Assembly: GCA_010909165.1 (NCBI GenBank)
Contig: MU008155.1
Span: 1,178,001 to 1,242,000, forward strand
Source: Anthoceros angustus
Taxonomy: Eukaryota; Plantae; Anthocerotophyta
Direction of reading: 5' to 3'
Length of the DNA: 64,000 nt
The first letter of the stretch is position 1; every line of letters begins with the position of its first letter. A program made the position numbers and the translations under genes. This document shows positions 62,205-64,000 of the stretch, piece by piece. A model generated the notes under the pieces. That model made no database searches and was not told where the DNA came from. It was given only the letters and a program-made list of their open reading frames with translations.

Positions 62205-64000
62205 GCACTGGTGCCGAGATTACGGTGTCATTTGGTCCCTCACCTGGGTGTTCCCTTGACACCTGCACACGGCTACCTGGCACAATCCAGTACGAGCAGA
62301 AATTGATCAAGATGGTTGTACTCTTGTCAATTTTGCTTCCAATGCAAAGACGTGCCCATTTTGCTCTGTCACATTTACGCCTCATCAGATCTGTCGTGCA
62401 TCTCACTTGTTACTACTTTGGCAGTCATTTTGCAACCCCCGTACGAGTATATGTTCATCACCTGACACTCCTGATGACAAGAGAGTCTGGGTGGGAAGAT
62501 ATCCACTCCGATAGGATAAGGAGCTGCTCAACTCCTGACACCTGCACACTGCTACCTGGCACAATCTAGTACTAGCAGAAATTGATCAAGATGGGTCTCT
62601 TTCTTGTCAACTTTGCTTCCCATGCACAGACGTGCCCATTTTGCTCTGTCACATTCACGCCTCATCAGAGCAGTCGTGCATCTCACTTGTTACTACTTTG
62701 GCAGTCACTTTGCATCCCCCGTACGAGTCGCATGTTCATCACCTGACACTCCTGATGACAAGAGAGAGTCTGGGTGGGAAAATATCCACTCCGATGGGAG
62801 AAGGAGCTGCTCACCTCCTGAGTTGCTTTCTCACCAACGAGAAAACAATTCATTCTGCATTAAATCCTTGTACATATCAGGCCGGACGCTGTGCTGTGAG
62901 CAGCTAGTATGTCTGCTCACAGCTACACACAGCTGCGAGGAAGTGGAGCCAGGTTGACACACACCTTCTCTCAACATCGTTCCAATTAGTCTAACGGTGT
63001 GCTGTGAGCAGCTAGTATGACTGCGCATAGCAACATATAGCTGCCAGGACGTGGAGCGAGGTTGACACACACATGCTTTCAACATCGTTCAAATTAGTCT
63101 AACGTGAGAATTTCCATTCCGAGCCTTGAATGACCTATGACCACGAATTTCAGAGTGCTGCTTGTTGTTGGAGAAATGTCAATTTCAAAGCAAGAGCGAG
63201 TGGCCGAGGGTGGTGAGAGCAACCTCTTCAACTAGCAAAACTACTAACAAGGCTTTTCGTGATGTAAAGAATACAAACTTTCATGCCTCAACAGTTGTGG
63301 CAAAACTTGTCACAATATCCTTCCTAGTTGTGGACGCATGGACAAGAGGAAAATCCAAGCCATCAACACAGGCTTATGGTGATTGAAAATCAACACAAAC
63401 GCGAGGTAAAGATACAATCAAAATGCAAAATGCACATATCCGATCTAAAACCCGCCCAAACCCTTGTATAGGGTGGAGAGCCTATAGGTGTAGTAATATA
63501 GCACTTATATGATATTGTATTTTATTGAGGAAAAACAATGGGAAAAATCCATTTAGCACAAAGACGCGACAATGAAGGTGGACCTCGAGGGTCAGGTGAA
63601 AAGAGTGACTAAGCTTCTTACCTAAAGTTACCTACTCCTCCTAGAATATCATATGCAGGAAGAACAAATGGTCTATAAATGACGGAGGAAGAGGAAGAAG
63701 CATCACTTGCTGTCGCCCCCTTGTGAAGGATTGCCATCAACAGGGCCCTTCGAAAGGCAATGGAGACTCACTGGGTTAGAATGAAATAAGAAAGGGACAA
63801 CCTCGCCATGCCCGGGGCGTCGAGGATTTGGCGCAGACTTGAGAAATTGATCGTTCGTAGCCATTGCCCATGCACTTGCATGCATACCAACACATTATAT
63901 ATGGCAAGATAGTAATCACTATGCCCTCCCGTAAAAAAGGTAAAGAAAAACCAAAAATAAAACTAGAAATAAAAAAAAAACCCTCACAAAAATCCCAAAA
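61272..64000 (+). repeat. Segmental duplication, copy B (runs off the window)
   Basis: Matches 54510-57260. Confidence 0.92.

Overview
Eukaryotic nuclear DNA from a land plant. Evidence: short GT-AG introns (mostly 70-250 nt), plastid-targeted polyphenol oxidases, a BURP gene and a plant-type tRNA-Pro. The compact genes plus HSPA12-like and ZNFX1-like genes suggest a non-seed plant such as a hornwort or lycophyte (inference). Layout: (1) 1-16.6 kb: a tandemly duplicated unit of an atypical HSPA12-type Hsp70 ATPase (one pseudogene, one intact) and a coiled-coil GIL1/IRKI-family protein whose C-terminal beta-domain looks GrpE-like. A third GIL1/IRKI-like gene, a remnant, tRNA-Pro(AGG) and an orphan gene of about 12-13 G-F-E-V-G-Y-F-D repeats follow. 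(2) ANKZF1/VMS1 and RPL37, separated by TE debris: a diverged inverted repeat and a duplicated pogo-like relic with exon-intron minisatellites. (3) An AT-rich island with a secreted BURP-domain protein in which a Met/Asp tract replaces the usual repeat region. (4) Two tandem ZNFX1-like SF1 helicase/NF-X1 zinc-finger genes with PB1-like and TPR-like additions. (5) Three polyphenol oxidases with a near-identical segmental duplication. Many 1-nt homopolymer indels suggest unpolished long-read assembly, so frameshift-based pseudogene calls are tentative. The best candidate novel systems are an Hsp70(HSPA12)/GrpE-like gene module and a possible split BURP (burpitide-type) peptide pathway with copper enzymes. 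All family assignments are by-eye motif recognition; no searches were run.
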